From an uncultured Spirochaetota bacterium (GTDB lineage: Bacteria; Spirochaetota; Brevinematia; Brevinematales; JAOACQ01), in the NCBI GenBank assembly GCA_963835575.1, contig CAWIGG010000002.1, positions 1,856,001-1,920,000 of the forward strand: a DNA stretch of 64,000 bases, written 5' to 3'. The notes beneath the pieces were generated by a model. The model worked only from the letters and a program-made list of their open reading frames with translations. It had not been told where the DNA came from and did not search any database. The translations under genes were made by a program, and so were the position numbers. Shown here in pieces: positions 1 to 9,666 of this stretch (positions are counted from its first letter, which is position 1; each line of letters starts with the position of its first letter).

Positions 1-995
1 AGCATCCAATATATAGCGACAAGTACCTTTCTTACTAAAGCAACTCTCGCTTTGCCTTTAGTCTTGCCCTTACTCTTCTTTAAATAAAACAAATCCATCT
101 TCCGGCTTGATTTCCTGAAATGATTTATGGATTCCACCATTAAGGTCATCGTTAAATAACGCGATTGTTTGTTTAGATGACCTATTTTTACTGTATTACC
201 GGATGCGTCTATACCCGGTGCTGCCCTGAGATATGAACAGAAATGCTTCACGTTTTTGAATCGGTTGATATCAACAACATCTGCCATAATCCCGATTGCC
301 ATAAAAATGCTTATCCCCATTATACTGACAAGCAGATCTATTTCTTTCTGGAACATCTTACCCGCTATCATTATCTGCTTTTTTGTCTCTTCCATTTTAT
401 TCTCTAAGAAATTGATTATGCTTAAGAGTGATTCTATTTCCGCTCTGACAGTGTCGCTCATCTTGGCGGAAGTAAGATTTTTCTGCACATTCTGATATGA
501 TAAGTTTGCTTTTTTAAATCCGAATATCCCGTTTTGTTTCAACAAAGAGCGGATCATATTTTTATTCATATTCTTCTGTCTTTTATATATGTCATATACC
601 GTGAATAAACTTCTGACCTCCCGAACTTCCTTAGCCGGCATATATACCAGAGGAAACTCAACATCAGATGGATTGAATAAAATATAATACTTCAGTCTGG
701 CGGCTATCTTTTCCGCGTCAATCTTATCCGTCTTCTTATTCGTTCGGTAGATGGTCGAAAACTTCCAGGTATTAATGATATAACACTCCTTGACAAGGTC
801 CTTGATCTGGTCAATGAACCAGAAAGCGTTTGTTGTGGATTCCACCGCTACATAATCCTCTTTTGTCACTATTCTCTTGAACTTGCCGAAATACTCCGGC
901 AATAAAGAGCAGCTCATTCTTTTTGGAACAATCCCTGTGTTATCAAAGCAAGCTGCTTTAAAGTTTTCATCTCCCGGGTCTACTCCGTAAAACAT
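1..995 (-). CDS. IS110-family transposase/recombinase (3' end runs off window)
   Basis: Hand translation from ATG 995 with GGAGG RBS: MFYGVDPGD...VAVESTT...KKTDKIDAEKIA (DEDD RuvC-like) and LVSIMGISIFMAIGIMADVVDINRFKNVKHFCSYLRAAPGIDASG (Transposase_20 domain with SG serine). Absent from the ORF track because it has no stop in the window. Confidence 0.93.
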   Translation of the reverse strand, partial: MFYGVDPGDENFKAACFDNTGIVPKRMSCSLLPEYFGKFKRIVTKEDYVAVESTTNAFWFIDQIKDLVKECYIINTWKFSTIYRTNKKTDKIDAEKIAARLKYYILFNPSDVEFPLVYMPAKEVREVRSLFTVYDIYKRQKNMNKNMIRSLLKQNGIFGFKKANLSYQNVQKNLTSAKMSDTVRAEIESLLSIINFLENKMEETKKQIMIAGKMFQKEIDLLVSIMGISIFMAIGIMADVVDINRFKNVKHFCSYLRAAPGIDASGNTVKIGHLNKQSRYLTMTLMVESINHFRKSSRKMDLFYLKKSKGKTKGKARVALVRKVLVAIYWM

Positions 996-1020
996 TTGAC
1001 ATCCTCCAACTATCGTAGTA

Positions 1021-1282
1021 AAATACCTTTGAGGATCAAAAATTATCCTTCGGTTAAATAAAGGATAAACCTTGACGGGCTGAAAGGCAGCCATTCGTCT
1101 ATTCGGGTTCGGGAGATTCCTCAATTTTATCTCCAGTCCCATTTTGTTGGTAAGGAAGAAGGCTGGACTAAACGAAGGATCGGGCTCCTGACAGGATTTC
1201 TATCCTGGCATCATAATGTCCCAGACAGGCTCCCAGCCTTCTTCTGTCTTATTAATACCTCTACAGTATTTCCTAAAGACAG
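1021..1282 (-). ncRNA. candidate IS110 bridge RNA
   Basis: Downstream of TTGACG-N15-TATAAT (1309..1283, minus): a 5' stem-loop, a 12-bp stem 1155-1166/1233-1244 enclosing a large internal loop and inner hairpin 1192-1207, and further hairpins at 1112-1134, 1078-1092 and 1043-1068. Confidence 0.6.
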
Positions 1283-1386
1283 ATTATACCTTTCTTCCTT
1301 ATCCGTCAAGTCTTTCTATTCCTTTTATCATAACAGCGAAGGGATGGGATGGGAAGGGGTGAGGCCAGTTATTATTTTGATTAAAA

Positions 1387-1415
1387 TTGACAATCAAAAT
1401 CCAAGCTTGTAAAAT
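1387..1415 (+). promoter_or_regulatory. sigma70-like promoter
   Basis: TTGACA-N17-TAAAAT upstream of the 1478 CDS. Confidence 0.5.
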
Positions 1416-1477
1416 ATCATTCAATAGTGATAAAATAATTTATAATTCCTATTTATTACACATCGATTGGAGGAGAT

Positions 1478-3166
1478 ATGCGCCTTGCAGGCCAGGATAT
1501 ATGGTTGTTTATTCTTATTATATTCTTATCTTTTTCGGCAATCATAGTATTTTTTTATTTATACAAAACAAAAATCATTAACAAAATATTCTCGGAATCT
1601 CAGCGGGAGCTTCTTTTATCCAACCTCAATTTCCGCAGCCGTTTTTTGAAGATTGTCCTGATCATCACGGCTTTGTTTTTCATCTCTTTTTCGCTCCTGG
1701 ATCCCCGCTGGGGTACAAAAAATGTCCAGGCAAGCATCGAAGGCATCGATGTCGTATTTATCATGGACGTTTCCCGGAGCATGCTGACGCCGGATACCGT
1801 TCCCAACAGGCTCGAGGCCTCAAGAAAATTCGCTCTCCAGCTGATGAGCCTGCTTGTGGGAAACCGAATCGGCATAACGGCCTTTGCCGGCTTTGCCTTC
1901 AATGTCATCCCGCTGACGACAGACTTCGACGCGGCGGCGCTTTTTATAAACGAGCTTTCACCTGATATGATCGATATACAGGGTTCAAACTTGGAAGACG
2001 CGCTCAAAAAGGCGCTGGAACTTTTTGAAAAAGAAGCCCTCACTCATAAAGCGATTGTCATCTTTACAGACGGTGAAGACTATGAGTTTTCTCCTCTCAA
2101 AGAGGTAAACAGCATAAAGGAAAAAGGCATTTCCATCTTTACGGTAGGAATCGGTACGCCCGGCGGCGGGCAGATCCCTCTTTATGATGAAAATGGAAAG
2201 TTAACCGATTATCTGAAAAAGGACGGACAGATTGTCATATCCCGGCTGAATGAAGCCCTGCTTACCCGGATTTCCGAAGAAACAAAAGGGGCCTATCTTG
2301 CGGGCAGCGACAATTCGATCATAGAACTTGCCAGGAAACTTGATGAGATTAAAAAAACACAATTCGGCTCCAGCATTTATGATTTTATGGAACCCCAGTT
2401 TCAATATTTTCTCCTGATCGGGATCCTGCTGCTCTTCATATTCCTGTTTCTTCCTGAAAGAAGAATAATTTTCAACCGTTTTACGCTGATATTTTTCATA
2501 CTCTTTTCAAGTATAATTTTCAGCCGGCCTGCTTTCGCATCTGACGCTTCAAAAGGATGCAGAGAGTACCAAAAAGCTAATTATGAGGATGCTCTCAAGC
2601 TTTTTCAAAAATCCATCGTGAAAGACCCGAAAAATGAAAAGCTCCGCTTTAATGAAGGAGATAACTTTTACCAGCTCCAGCAGTTTGACAAAGCCGGCGA
2701 ATCCTTCAGCGCGCTGACAAACTCAAAAAACAAGGAACTCGGAGCCGGGGCTCTCTATAATATGGGTAATTCATACCTGGAAAAACAGGATTATGCCGGA
2801 GCGATCCGGTCTTATAAAAAAATCCTGGAAGATTCCGACGTTTCTTCTGAAATCTACAAGAAAGCCCTTCAGAATTTTGTTTACGCAAAACAGCATCTGA
2901 TGCTGAAAAATCATGACCAAAATCAGTCAAAAGATCAAAATAAGGATAAAAACAAAAAACAAAATGAAAAAGAAAATCCCAAAGATAAATCAAATAAGAA
3001 CAATAATCAGAAAAATAAAGAACAGCAGCAGCAGGTCCGGCAAAAGCCTGTCAGCCCTTCTGAAATAGAAAATCTATTGAATCTCATTGAGGAAGAGGAA
3101 AAAAAGCACCTGAGTGAAAAAGAAAAAACGAAAGGGATCAGGGTTTACCCGAAAAACGAATGGTAG
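1478..3166 (+). CDS. VWA domain + TPR protein (BatB/BatC-like fusion)
   Basis: MIDAS DVSRSM, 'PNRLE', 'FTDGED', TM segments, TPRs (ALYNMGNSY), Q/N/K-rich tail ending KNEW. Confidence 0.85.
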   Translation: MRLAGQDIWLFILIIFLSFSAIIVFFYLYKTKIINKIFSESQRELLLSNLNFRSRFLKIVLIITALFFISFSLLDPRWGTKNVQASIEGIDVVFIMDVSRSMLTPDTVPNRLEASRKFALQLMSLLVGNRIGITAFAGFAFNVIPLTTDFDAAALFINELSPDMIDIQGSNLEDALKKALELFEKEALTHKAIVIFTDGEDYEFSPLKEVNSIKEKGISIFTVGIGTPGGGQIPLYDENGKLTDYLKKDGQIVISRLNEALLTRISEETKGAYLAGSDNSIIELARKLDEIKKTQFGSSIYDFMEPQFQYFLLIGILLLFIFLFLPERRIIFNRFTLIFFILFSSIIFSRPAFASDASKGCREYQKANYEDALKLFQKSIVKDPKNEKLRFNEGDNFYQLQQFDKAGESFSALTNSKNKELGAGALYNMGNSYLEKQDYAGAIRSYKKILEDSDVSSEIYKKALQNFVYAKQHLMLKNHDQNQSKDQNKDKNKKQNEKENPKDKSNKNNNQKNKEQQQQVRQKPVSPSEIENLLNLIEEEEKKHLSEKEKTKGIRVYPKNEW

Positions 3167-3204
3167 TGCAGTTCCAAAAACCCAAATTATTTTGGAACTG
3201 CACT
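3165..3204. repeat. palindromic repeat family A (GCAGTTCCAAAA...TTTTGGAACTGC)
   Basis: 15-bp perfect arms; related copies at 3318-3351, 27081-27132 and 45654-45690. Confidence 0.85.
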
Positions 3205-3238
3205 GAGTTAAATAAACTTTTTGGTTTATATATATACC

Positions 3239-3299
3239 GCTGTCCCTCACCATTTTGTCAGGCTGCGCCGGTGGAGCTCAAAAAATGGTGAGGGACAGC
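3239..3299. repeat. palindromic repeat family B (GTCCCTCACCATTTT...AAAATGGTGAGGGAC)
   Basis: 18-bp perfect arms; second copy at 55969-56040. Confidence 0.85.
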
Positions 3300-3324
3300 A
3301 AAATACAGAACAACATTGGCAGTT

Positions 3325-4635
3325 CTAAAAATGCGAATTTTTTGAACTGCCCTTAGCCATCCTCTTTTTTATTGACTCTGCATGGGCCTGCAGCTCCTCG
3401 AACTCTGCCATGGCCGCGATTTCATTTCCATTTTCTTTTATATATTTCTTTGTGAGCGATATAAAGCTTGTCCTCTTGACAAAATCATATACTCCCAGGG
3501 GAGATGAGAAGACAGCCGTCCCGTTTGTCGGAATGACATGGTTCGGGCCAGCGTAATAATCGCCCGAAGCGACAGGAGACCAGTTCCCTATGAATAGTGC
3601 GCCGGCGTTCTGAATACGGGATATGATTTTATTTGCATCCATTTTAATCATCACCTCGACATGCTCCGGGGCTATCCTGTTCACAATATCAAATCCCTCA
3701 TCATAATTTCCGACAGTCACGGCATAGGCGTTTTCGTTAATCGATTTTTTAATCAGTTCATTCCTGGGCAGATCCGGAATAATTTCAGCGAGGGCTTTTT
3801 CAGTTTTATGTATGAGATTTTCTGAGGTTGATATCAGTATGACAGTATTATCACCTGTATGTTCGGCCTGGGCGCAGAGGTCAAGAGCGATCCAATCCGG
3901 ATTTGCCGAATCATCGGCAAATATCACAACCTCGCTCGGGCCGGCTATTGAATCGATGCCGACATGCCCCATCACAAGAAGTTTTGCCGCGGCGACATAA
4001 ATATTCCCGGGGCCCATTATTTTTGAGACGGCGGGAACCGTTTCCGTTCCGTAAGCCATGGCCGCGATGGCCTGCGCCCCGCCTGTCTTAAAAATACGGG
4101 TGACTCCAAGCTCGGCGGCTAACGCTATTGACAGCGGGTTTTTAATCCTGCCGTCCCGGCCCGGGGGTGTTGAAATATAGATTTCCGGAACACCCGCTAT
4201 TTTAGCCGGGATGACATTCATCAGTACAGTTGAAGGATAGAAGGCGGAGCCTCCCGGCACATATAGCCCCGCTCTTTCGAGCGGGCTGAATTTCATCCCG
4301 TAAAGACAGCCTTTTTTTTTATATAAAAAGCCCTCTTCCTTCTGCTTTTTATGAAATTCACGAATGTTCTTTGCCGCGTTGAGAAAATAACGGGAAACAT
4401 CAGAATAATTTTTTTCGGTCAATTCCCTCGCTTCCTCAATTTCCTTTTCAGTGACAGCAATCGAATAATCATGCGCTTCAACTTTATCAAATTTCCGGGC
4501 GTATTCAATCAGAGCGGCATCGCCGTTTTTCCTGACATTCTCTATCACTTCCGCCGCAATATCAAAATATTTCTGCTCAATTTCATTCATGCTTCTTTTA
4601 TAATTTTTCAATTCCGAATAAGACATCCTTTTCAT
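3325..4635 (-). CDS. hisD: histidinol dehydrogenase
   Basis: GLYVPGG, YPSTVLMN, GGAQAIAAMAYGT, GPGNIYV, AGPSE, QAEH, APEH, GDYYAGPNHVIPT motifs. Confidence 0.97.
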   Translation of the reverse strand: MKRMSYSELKNYKRSMNEIEQKYFDIAAEVIENVRKNGDAALIEYARKFDKVEAHDYSIAVTEKEIEEARELTEKNYSDVSRYFLNAAKNIREFHKKQKEEGFLYKKKGCLYGMKFSPLERAGLYVPGGSAFYPSTVLMNVIPAKIAGVPEIYISTPPGRDGRIKNPLSIALAAELGVTRIFKTGGAQAIAAMAYGTETVPAVSKIMGPGNIYVAAAKLLVMGHVGIDSIAGPSEVVIFADDSANPDWIALDLCAQAEHTGDNTVILISTSENLIHKTEKALAEIIPDLPRNELIKKSINENAYAVTVGNYDEGFDIVNRIAPEHVEVMIKMDANKIISRIQNAGALFIGNWSPVASGDYYAGPNHVIPTNGTAVFSSPLGVYDFVKRTSFISLTKKYIKENGNEIAAMAEFEELQAHAESIKKRMAKGSSKNSHF

Positions 4636-4837
4636 AAAAACTCCTTGAATCTCTTTGATATTACTAATCTATTTAGTTTAAAATAATCTGAAGCTTTAGT
4701 CAAAATGAGACCATGTATTCTTTGTTTTAAACATAAAATATTTGCCATTTCCCATATATTTTATTATATTATTCAAATAATATACTGAATATCCTTTTTT
4801 TAAAAAAAGATCGGTTATTCAATCAAAGGAGTTTTTT

Positions 4838-5365
4838 ATGCGTAAAGTTATTATAATAGTGATTATAGTTGCTGTTTTTGCCTCTGTAACGGCATTTGTT
4901 GTGTTAAGCGGAAAGAATAACAAAACCGGCAATAATAAGCAAACCGCTTCTGTGTCCGCGCCGGATTTCTCGGAGCTGGATCTATTCGGAAAAGACATGA
5001 TTTCGTTAAAAAGCTATTCCAATAAGGTCATTCTCCTTAATTTCTGGGCTACATGGTGCCCGCCCTGCAAAGCCGAAATACCCGACCTGATCCGGCTCTA
5101 CAACCAGTACAAGGGCAAATTCATCATCATCGGGATTTCAGTCGACCAGACCGGGGCCGATACAGTCCGTGAATTCTATAAGAATTATAAAATGAATTAC
5201 CCGGTTATCATGGCTACTTCCGGAATACTTCAAAATTACGGCGGCATCACCGCGATTCCGACATCATTTCTTATCAGCCCTGACGGCAAACTCATCAAGA
5301 CCATTGTCGGCTACCGGAGTAAAGACCAGTATGAGGCTGAAATAAAACCGTATCTGCCGAAGTAA
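4838..5365 (+). CDS. TlpA/ResA-like thiol-disulfide oxidoreductase
   Basis: N-terminal anchor, APDF, LNFWATWCPPC, IPTSFLI. Confidence 0.9.
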   Translation: MRKVIIIVIIVAVFASVTAFVVLSGKNNKTGNNKQTASVSAPDFSELDLFGKDMISLKSYSNKVILLNFWATWCPPCKAEIPDLIRLYNQYKGKFIIIGISVDQTGADTVREFYKNYKMNYPVIMATSGILQNYGGITAIPTSFLISPDGKLIKTIVGYRSKDQYEAEIKPYLPK

Positions 5366-5455
5366 TTGATCCGGTTCATATATCCCTGATTTCTCAAAAG
5401 TTTATTTAAGCATACCATTATTTAATATTCCAAAAATAATATTATTTTAAACTTC

Positions 5456-5502
5456 TTGACAAGCATATTATATCGATATATAATATATCGTTCTGATATA
5501 TT
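5456..5502 (+). promoter_or_regulatory. consensus promoter with palindromic operators (likely PadR)
   Basis: TTGACA-N17-TATAAT (5456-5484) overlapped by TATATCGATATA and AATATATC-N5-GATATATT. Confidence 0.7.
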
Positions 5503-5523
5503 GCATTTTGATAGGAAGTTATT

Positions 5524-6042
5524 ATGATAGAATTTATTATCCTCGGTTTTCTCATGGATAAAAAGATGAGCGGATATGAAATCAAACAGTTTATGACCAA
5601 CAGCACAGCTTATTTTTTTAACGCCAGCTACGGCAGCATATACCCTTTGCTTAAAAATCTGGAAAAGAAAAACTGGATACAATCGGAAGAAGTGGTGGAA
5701 GGCGGCAAATATAAAAAAATATATACAATACTGGAAAGCGGTAAAAAGGAATTCCTGCAATGGCTTTCCCTGCCGATAGAAAAGTCGAAAGAAAACGGAA
5801 GTCCTCTTATTAAAATCTTCTTTTATAACTTTCTGCCGAAAGAAAAAGTGATTTCACTTTTAACACATTTCATCTGTAATCTCCGGAAGCAAAAGAAAGA
5901 ACTTGAGGAACTGGAGCCCGTTATTTCTCCCATAGCTGATCAATACCAGCTTTTAATCCACCAGTACGGCAAGGATTTTTATCAGTTTATGGCAGACTGG
6001 TATGAAAATTATTTAAAAGAATTGAAGAGCAAGGAGAAATAA
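5524..6042 (+). CDS. PadR-family transcriptional regulator
   Basis: ILGFL..MSGYEIK..ASYGSIYPLL..KKIYTILESG plus Vir_act_alpha-like C-terminus. Confidence 0.92.
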   Translation: MIEFIILGFLMDKKMSGYEIKQFMTNSTAYFFNASYGSIYPLLKNLEKKNWIQSEEVVEGGKYKKIYTILESGKKEFLQWLSLPIEKSKENGSPLIKIFFYNFLPKEKVISLLTHFICNLRKQKKELEELEPVISPIADQYQLLIHQYGKDFYQFMADWYENYLKELKSKEK

Positions 6043-6043
6043 T

Positions 6044-6859
6044 ATGCCTGAAATGTCCGCCTCTCTGCGGTATTTTACAGGCACCGGAAATTCCTGGAGG
6101 GTCCTGGATACCTGCAGGGAAATTCTGGAAAAAAGAGGCTATTCCGTCACCAACCGTATCATAACACGGCCGGACGCCGAGCCTCTAAAGGATTCTTCCC
6201 TGACAGGCTTCTGTTTCCCTGTTTACGCCCTAGGCATTCCCAGAATAGCGCGGAATTACCTGAGATCTCTCAATAATACAACTCCAGGAACAAAAGCATT
6301 TATTTTCGTGACAGGAGCACATCCGAAGCCGGGCGGCAATTGCGGATGGGCGCTTGTTGAAAGCCGGAAAATCCTGGAAAGCAAGGGTTATCATGTCGCC
6401 TATACCGAACTGTTTGTTATGCCCGACAATTATCTTCCTTTTGATGAAATACTTTCACATGATGAAGCCGCGGCTGTGAACGCAATAGCGGAAAAAGAAG
6501 TGCGGGATCATATGGAAAAAATCCTCTGCGGGGAAGAATACCACAAGCCGCTGGACCTTCACGTTTTCGGTCCCCTGCTTTCAAGGATTACGCGTTTTGC
6601 CTTCCATAAAATCGGCATCCGCAGAGCATGGCAGATGTTCAACTCAACAAAGGAATGTTCTTCATGCGGCATCTGTGAAAAATACTGCCCCGTTAAAGCC
6701 GTGCGCCTTGTAAAAGGCAGGCCGCAATGGAACAGAGCCTGCGAGCAGTGCATGCGCTGCATCAACTATTGCCCGGAAAAAGCGATCCGACAGTTCTGGC
6801 TCGGCAAAAATAAAAACCGTTATCATGAGCCGCATTTTAAACCGGCGGAAAACTCATAA
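6044..6859 (+). CDS. EFR1-type flavodoxin/ferredoxin protein
   Basis: YFTGTGNS flavodoxin start, FPVYA, two CxxCxxCxxxCP motifs. Confidence 0.88.
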   Translation: MPEMSASLRYFTGTGNSWRVLDTCREILEKRGYSVTNRIITRPDAEPLKDSSLTGFCFPVYALGIPRIARNYLRSLNNTTPGTKAFIFVTGAHPKPGGNCGWALVESRKILESKGYHVAYTELFVMPDNYLPFDEILSHDEAAAVNAIAEKEVRDHMEKILCGEEYHKPLDLHVFGPLLSRITRFAFHKIGIRRAWQMFNSTKECSSCGICEKYCPVKAVRLVKGRPQWNRACEQCMRCINYCPEKAIRQFWLGKNKNRYHEPHFKPAENS

Positions 6860-6891
6860 GAATTTATTATTCTTATCCTGACGGAGGGTAT

Positions 6892-7275
6892 ATGAAAAAG
6901 GAACAATTAAATAGAATGACTGCTGTTTTTCTTCTTGCCGGCGCCGTTTGCCTTGTGCTTATCTGGGTTATTTTCTTTTTAACAGGAATAACAACTGATT
7001 TCTTTTCTCATTTCGGATTCCATAATCTATTCTTAATGATCGCTGAAATGATAACCGCAGTAATGATGGCCGCTGCCGGGACCGGGATTTTAAAAAAGAA
7101 GCTTTGGGCTGAAGGAATGAAATACCTCGCTCTGGGCATGCTCTCATACGCCCTCATACTGGGCACAGGCCAGTTTTTAGAAAGCGGAATATATATCGTT
7201 GTCATTTTATTTTTACTGGTTTTATCTGCCGCACTGGTTATTTTATACCTTAACCTTTTCAGGAAAAAAGAATAA
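6892..7275 (+). CDS. hypothetical membrane protein (4 TM)
   Basis: GGAGG RBS, hydrophobic segments. Confidence 0.7.
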   Translation: MKKEQLNRMTAVFLLAGAVCLVLIWVIFFLTGITTDFFSHFGFHNLFLMIAEMITAVMMAAAGTGILKKKLWAEGMKYLALGMLSYALILGTGQFLESGIYIVVILFLLVLSAALVILYLNLFRKKE

Positions 7276-7337
7276 CAGCTCTTTATATTGACTGACTTTA
7301 ATATATCAAAAAAACTATTTATTAACAGGAGTAATAT

Positions 7338-8252
7338 GTGAATAAAAGCATAACAAAGACAGAAATTGTTTTTCCCTTTGTAATTCTCTTTATATTTATC
7401 GCCTCGAGTGCCGGGATGTGGTTCTATACAAAAAACGGCTTCTTCTTCTTTGACCTGCCATACATCGGCTTTTCAATTTTTTTAGGAATGATGCTCAATA
7501 CTTTTCTGCCTCTTAGACACAAGGGATGGGGCAGAAGGATCACACAGCTCCTGGTCGGGTTTTATTTTCTCTATTTTCTCGGCTTTGTGCTGAAAGTAAA
7601 CATGCAGATTGAGGGATTCTTTTTCTTTATCTTTATGGGCATCTTCAGCGGCCCAACCCTGCACTATTCCATCGCCAAGATCTTCGGCCCTCTCGTTTTC
7701 GGCAGGGGCTTCTGCGGATGGGCATGCTGGACGGCGATGGTCCTGGATTTTCTTCCCTGGAAAAAAACGTCAATCAGGAAAAGATATTTCGGGATATTCC
7801 GCTATATCCATTTTCTGCTTTCATTAAGCCTCACTTTCATTTTGTTTTTTATTTTAAAAGCGTCGCCCGGTGATTATACAATTACCGCACTCTACTGGTT
7901 TGTAACCGGCAATCTGCTTTATTACGCGATTGCCGTAACCATTGCCGTGATACTGAAAGACAACCGGGCATTCTGCAAGTATGTCTGCCCTATCCCGACC
8001 CTGCAGAAGATCACCTCACGTTTCGCTGTTTTTAAACTGAAAGTGGATAACGGCAGATGTAATCAATGCGGCGTCTGCGAAAAATCCTGCCCGATGAATA
8101 TAAAAATCCTGGATTACGCGAAAAAAAATAAAAGGATTCTCTCAACAGAATGCATTCTCTGTACAACCTGCACCGGTGTCTGCCCCAAAAAAGCGGTCCA
8201 TATCACGGCCGGTTTTGACGCCGGTATAAAAGAAAAACTGAGTATAGAATAG
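7338..8252 (+). CDS. membrane 4Fe-4S binding protein (NapH/YccM-like)
   Basis: GRGFCGWAC, RAFCKYVCP, two C-terminal ferredoxin motifs. Confidence 0.88.
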   Translation: MNKSITKTEIVFPFVILFIFIASSAGMWFYTKNGFFFFDLPYIGFSIFLGMMLNTFLPLRHKGWGRRITQLLVGFYFLYFLGFVLKVNMQIEGFFFFIFMGIFSGPTLHYSIAKIFGPLVFGRGFCGWACWTAMVLDFLPWKKTSIRKRYFGIFRYIHFLLSLSLTFILFFILKASPGDYTITALYWFVTGNLLYYAIAVTIAVILKDNRAFCKYVCPIPTLQKITSRFAVFKLKVDNGRCNQCGVCEKSCPMNIKILDYAKKNKRILSTECILCTTCTGVCPKKAVHITAGFDAGIKEKLSIE

Positions 8253-8271
8253 TATAAAAAGGAGATAAAAT

Positions 8272-9651
8272 ATGAAGATCATAGTTTTAAACGGCAGCCC
8301 AAAGGGAAATATGAGCGTAACAATGCAGTACATTCATTACGCTCAGAAAATATTTCCCCGGCATGAACTAAAAATTATCAATATTGCCTCATCCATAACA
8401 AAAATTGAAAGAGACAGGCCGGCCTTTGACGCTATTATAAGAGAAATTAATAAAGCCGACGGCGTGCTCTGGGCATTCCCGCTCTATTATTGGATAGTTC
8501 ATTCCGGCTATATGCGCTTTATCGAACTGATCCGGGAAAGAGGCGTTAAAAAAGTTTTTAAAGACAAGTACGCGGCTGCATTTTCGACTTCGATCCATTT
8601 TTTTGATAACACGGCCCATAACTATATGCATGCCGTCTGCGACGATCTCGACATGAAATACACCGGTTTTTACTCAGCGGACATGCATGATCTTCTGGAC
8701 GCAAAAATGAGAGTTCAGATCACAGCCTTTTTTGAGGATTTCTTTTCCGCGATTGAAAATAAAGTTCCTTCAACAAAAGCCTATCTGCCGGTCAATTATT
8801 CGCCGAAAAAATACATTCCCGGCGCAGTGAAAAATAAAATTAATACTTCGGATAAAAGAATCCTCATTATTACAGATTACACTGATAAAGACACAAATTT
8901 AAAAGGGATGGCCCTTCGCTTAAAAGATTCATTTAAACAGCCGGCCCGGATTATCAATATAAATGATATTTCAATCAAAGGCGGGTGCCTCGGCTGCATC
9001 CAGTGCGGGTTTGATAATAAATGCGTCTACGGCGATAATGACGACATCAAAAAAGTCTATAATACGGAAATAAAAAACTCGGATGTCCTCATATACGCGC
9101 TTAAAATCACCGGCAGATATTTTTCTTCCCGCTTTAAGATGTTCCTCGACAGGAGCTTCCTCAACACCCATCAGCCGCGGAATATCGGCAAGCAGATCGC
9201 CTTTGTCATTTCAGGGCCGCTGGCTCAAAATCCGAATGTCCGTGAAATTGTTCAGGCCTACGCCGAATTGACCGGAGGGAATTTTAACGGCATCATAACG
9301 GACGAAGCGCCCAATCCGGCGGAAATCGACGGCCTGCTGGACAGCCTGGCTCTTAAACTTGTCTCTTCCGCGGTCAGGAATACCATTAAACCGATGACCT
9401 TTCTCGGCGTCGGCGGCTTAAAAATATTCAGGGATGACCTTTTTGCGAATCTCAAATTCGCTTTTCAGGGCGACTACAAGTATTATAAAAAGCATGGGCT
9501 TTTTGATTTTCCGCAGAAGAATTTCAGGATAAGGCTTTTTAACTTTTTTATGATCCCGTTCTCTAAAATTCCGCCAGTCAGAGAATCCATCCGGAAAGAC
9601 ATGAAAAAGCATATGATTGAACCGTATCAAAAAATCATGAATACAATTTAA
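8272..9651 (+). CDS. double flavodoxin-like NAD(P)H-dependent FMN reductase / iron-sulfur flavoprotein
   Basis: VLNGSPKG; second domain with CLGCIQC...C. Confidence 0.82.
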   Translation: MKIIVLNGSPKGNMSVTMQYIHYAQKIFPRHELKIINIASSITKIERDRPAFDAIIREINKADGVLWAFPLYYWIVHSGYMRFIELIRERGVKKVFKDKYAAAFSTSIHFFDNTAHNYMHAVCDDLDMKYTGFYSADMHDLLDAKMRVQITAFFEDFFSAIENKVPSTKAYLPVNYSPKKYIPGAVKNKINTSDKRILIITDYTDKDTNLKGMALRLKDSFKQPARIININDISIKGGCLGCIQCGFDNKCVYGDNDDIKKVYNTEIKNSDVLIYALKITGRYFSSRFKMFLDRSFLNTHQPRNIGKQIAFVISGPLAQNPNVREIVQAYAELTGGNFNGIITDEAPNPAEIDGLLDSLALKLVSSAVRNTIKPMTFLGVGGLKIFRDDLFANLKFAFQGDYKYYKKHGLFDFPQKNFRIRLFNFFMIPFSKIPPVRESIRKDMKKHMIEPYQKIMNTI

Positions 9652-9666
9652 CGGGAATAGCATATT

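Larger units (their letters stand above)
1..1334 (-). mobile_element. IS110-family element, left end near 1334 (partial)
   Basis: Transposase plus ~340 bp upstream non-coding end beginning GTTATGATAAAA on the minus strand; the boundary is inferred from the abrupt switch to a G-rich repeat-like flank. Confidence 0.75.

Noticed and set aside
256..495. 79-aa plus-strand ORF
   Set aside because: Antisense to the IS110 transposase.
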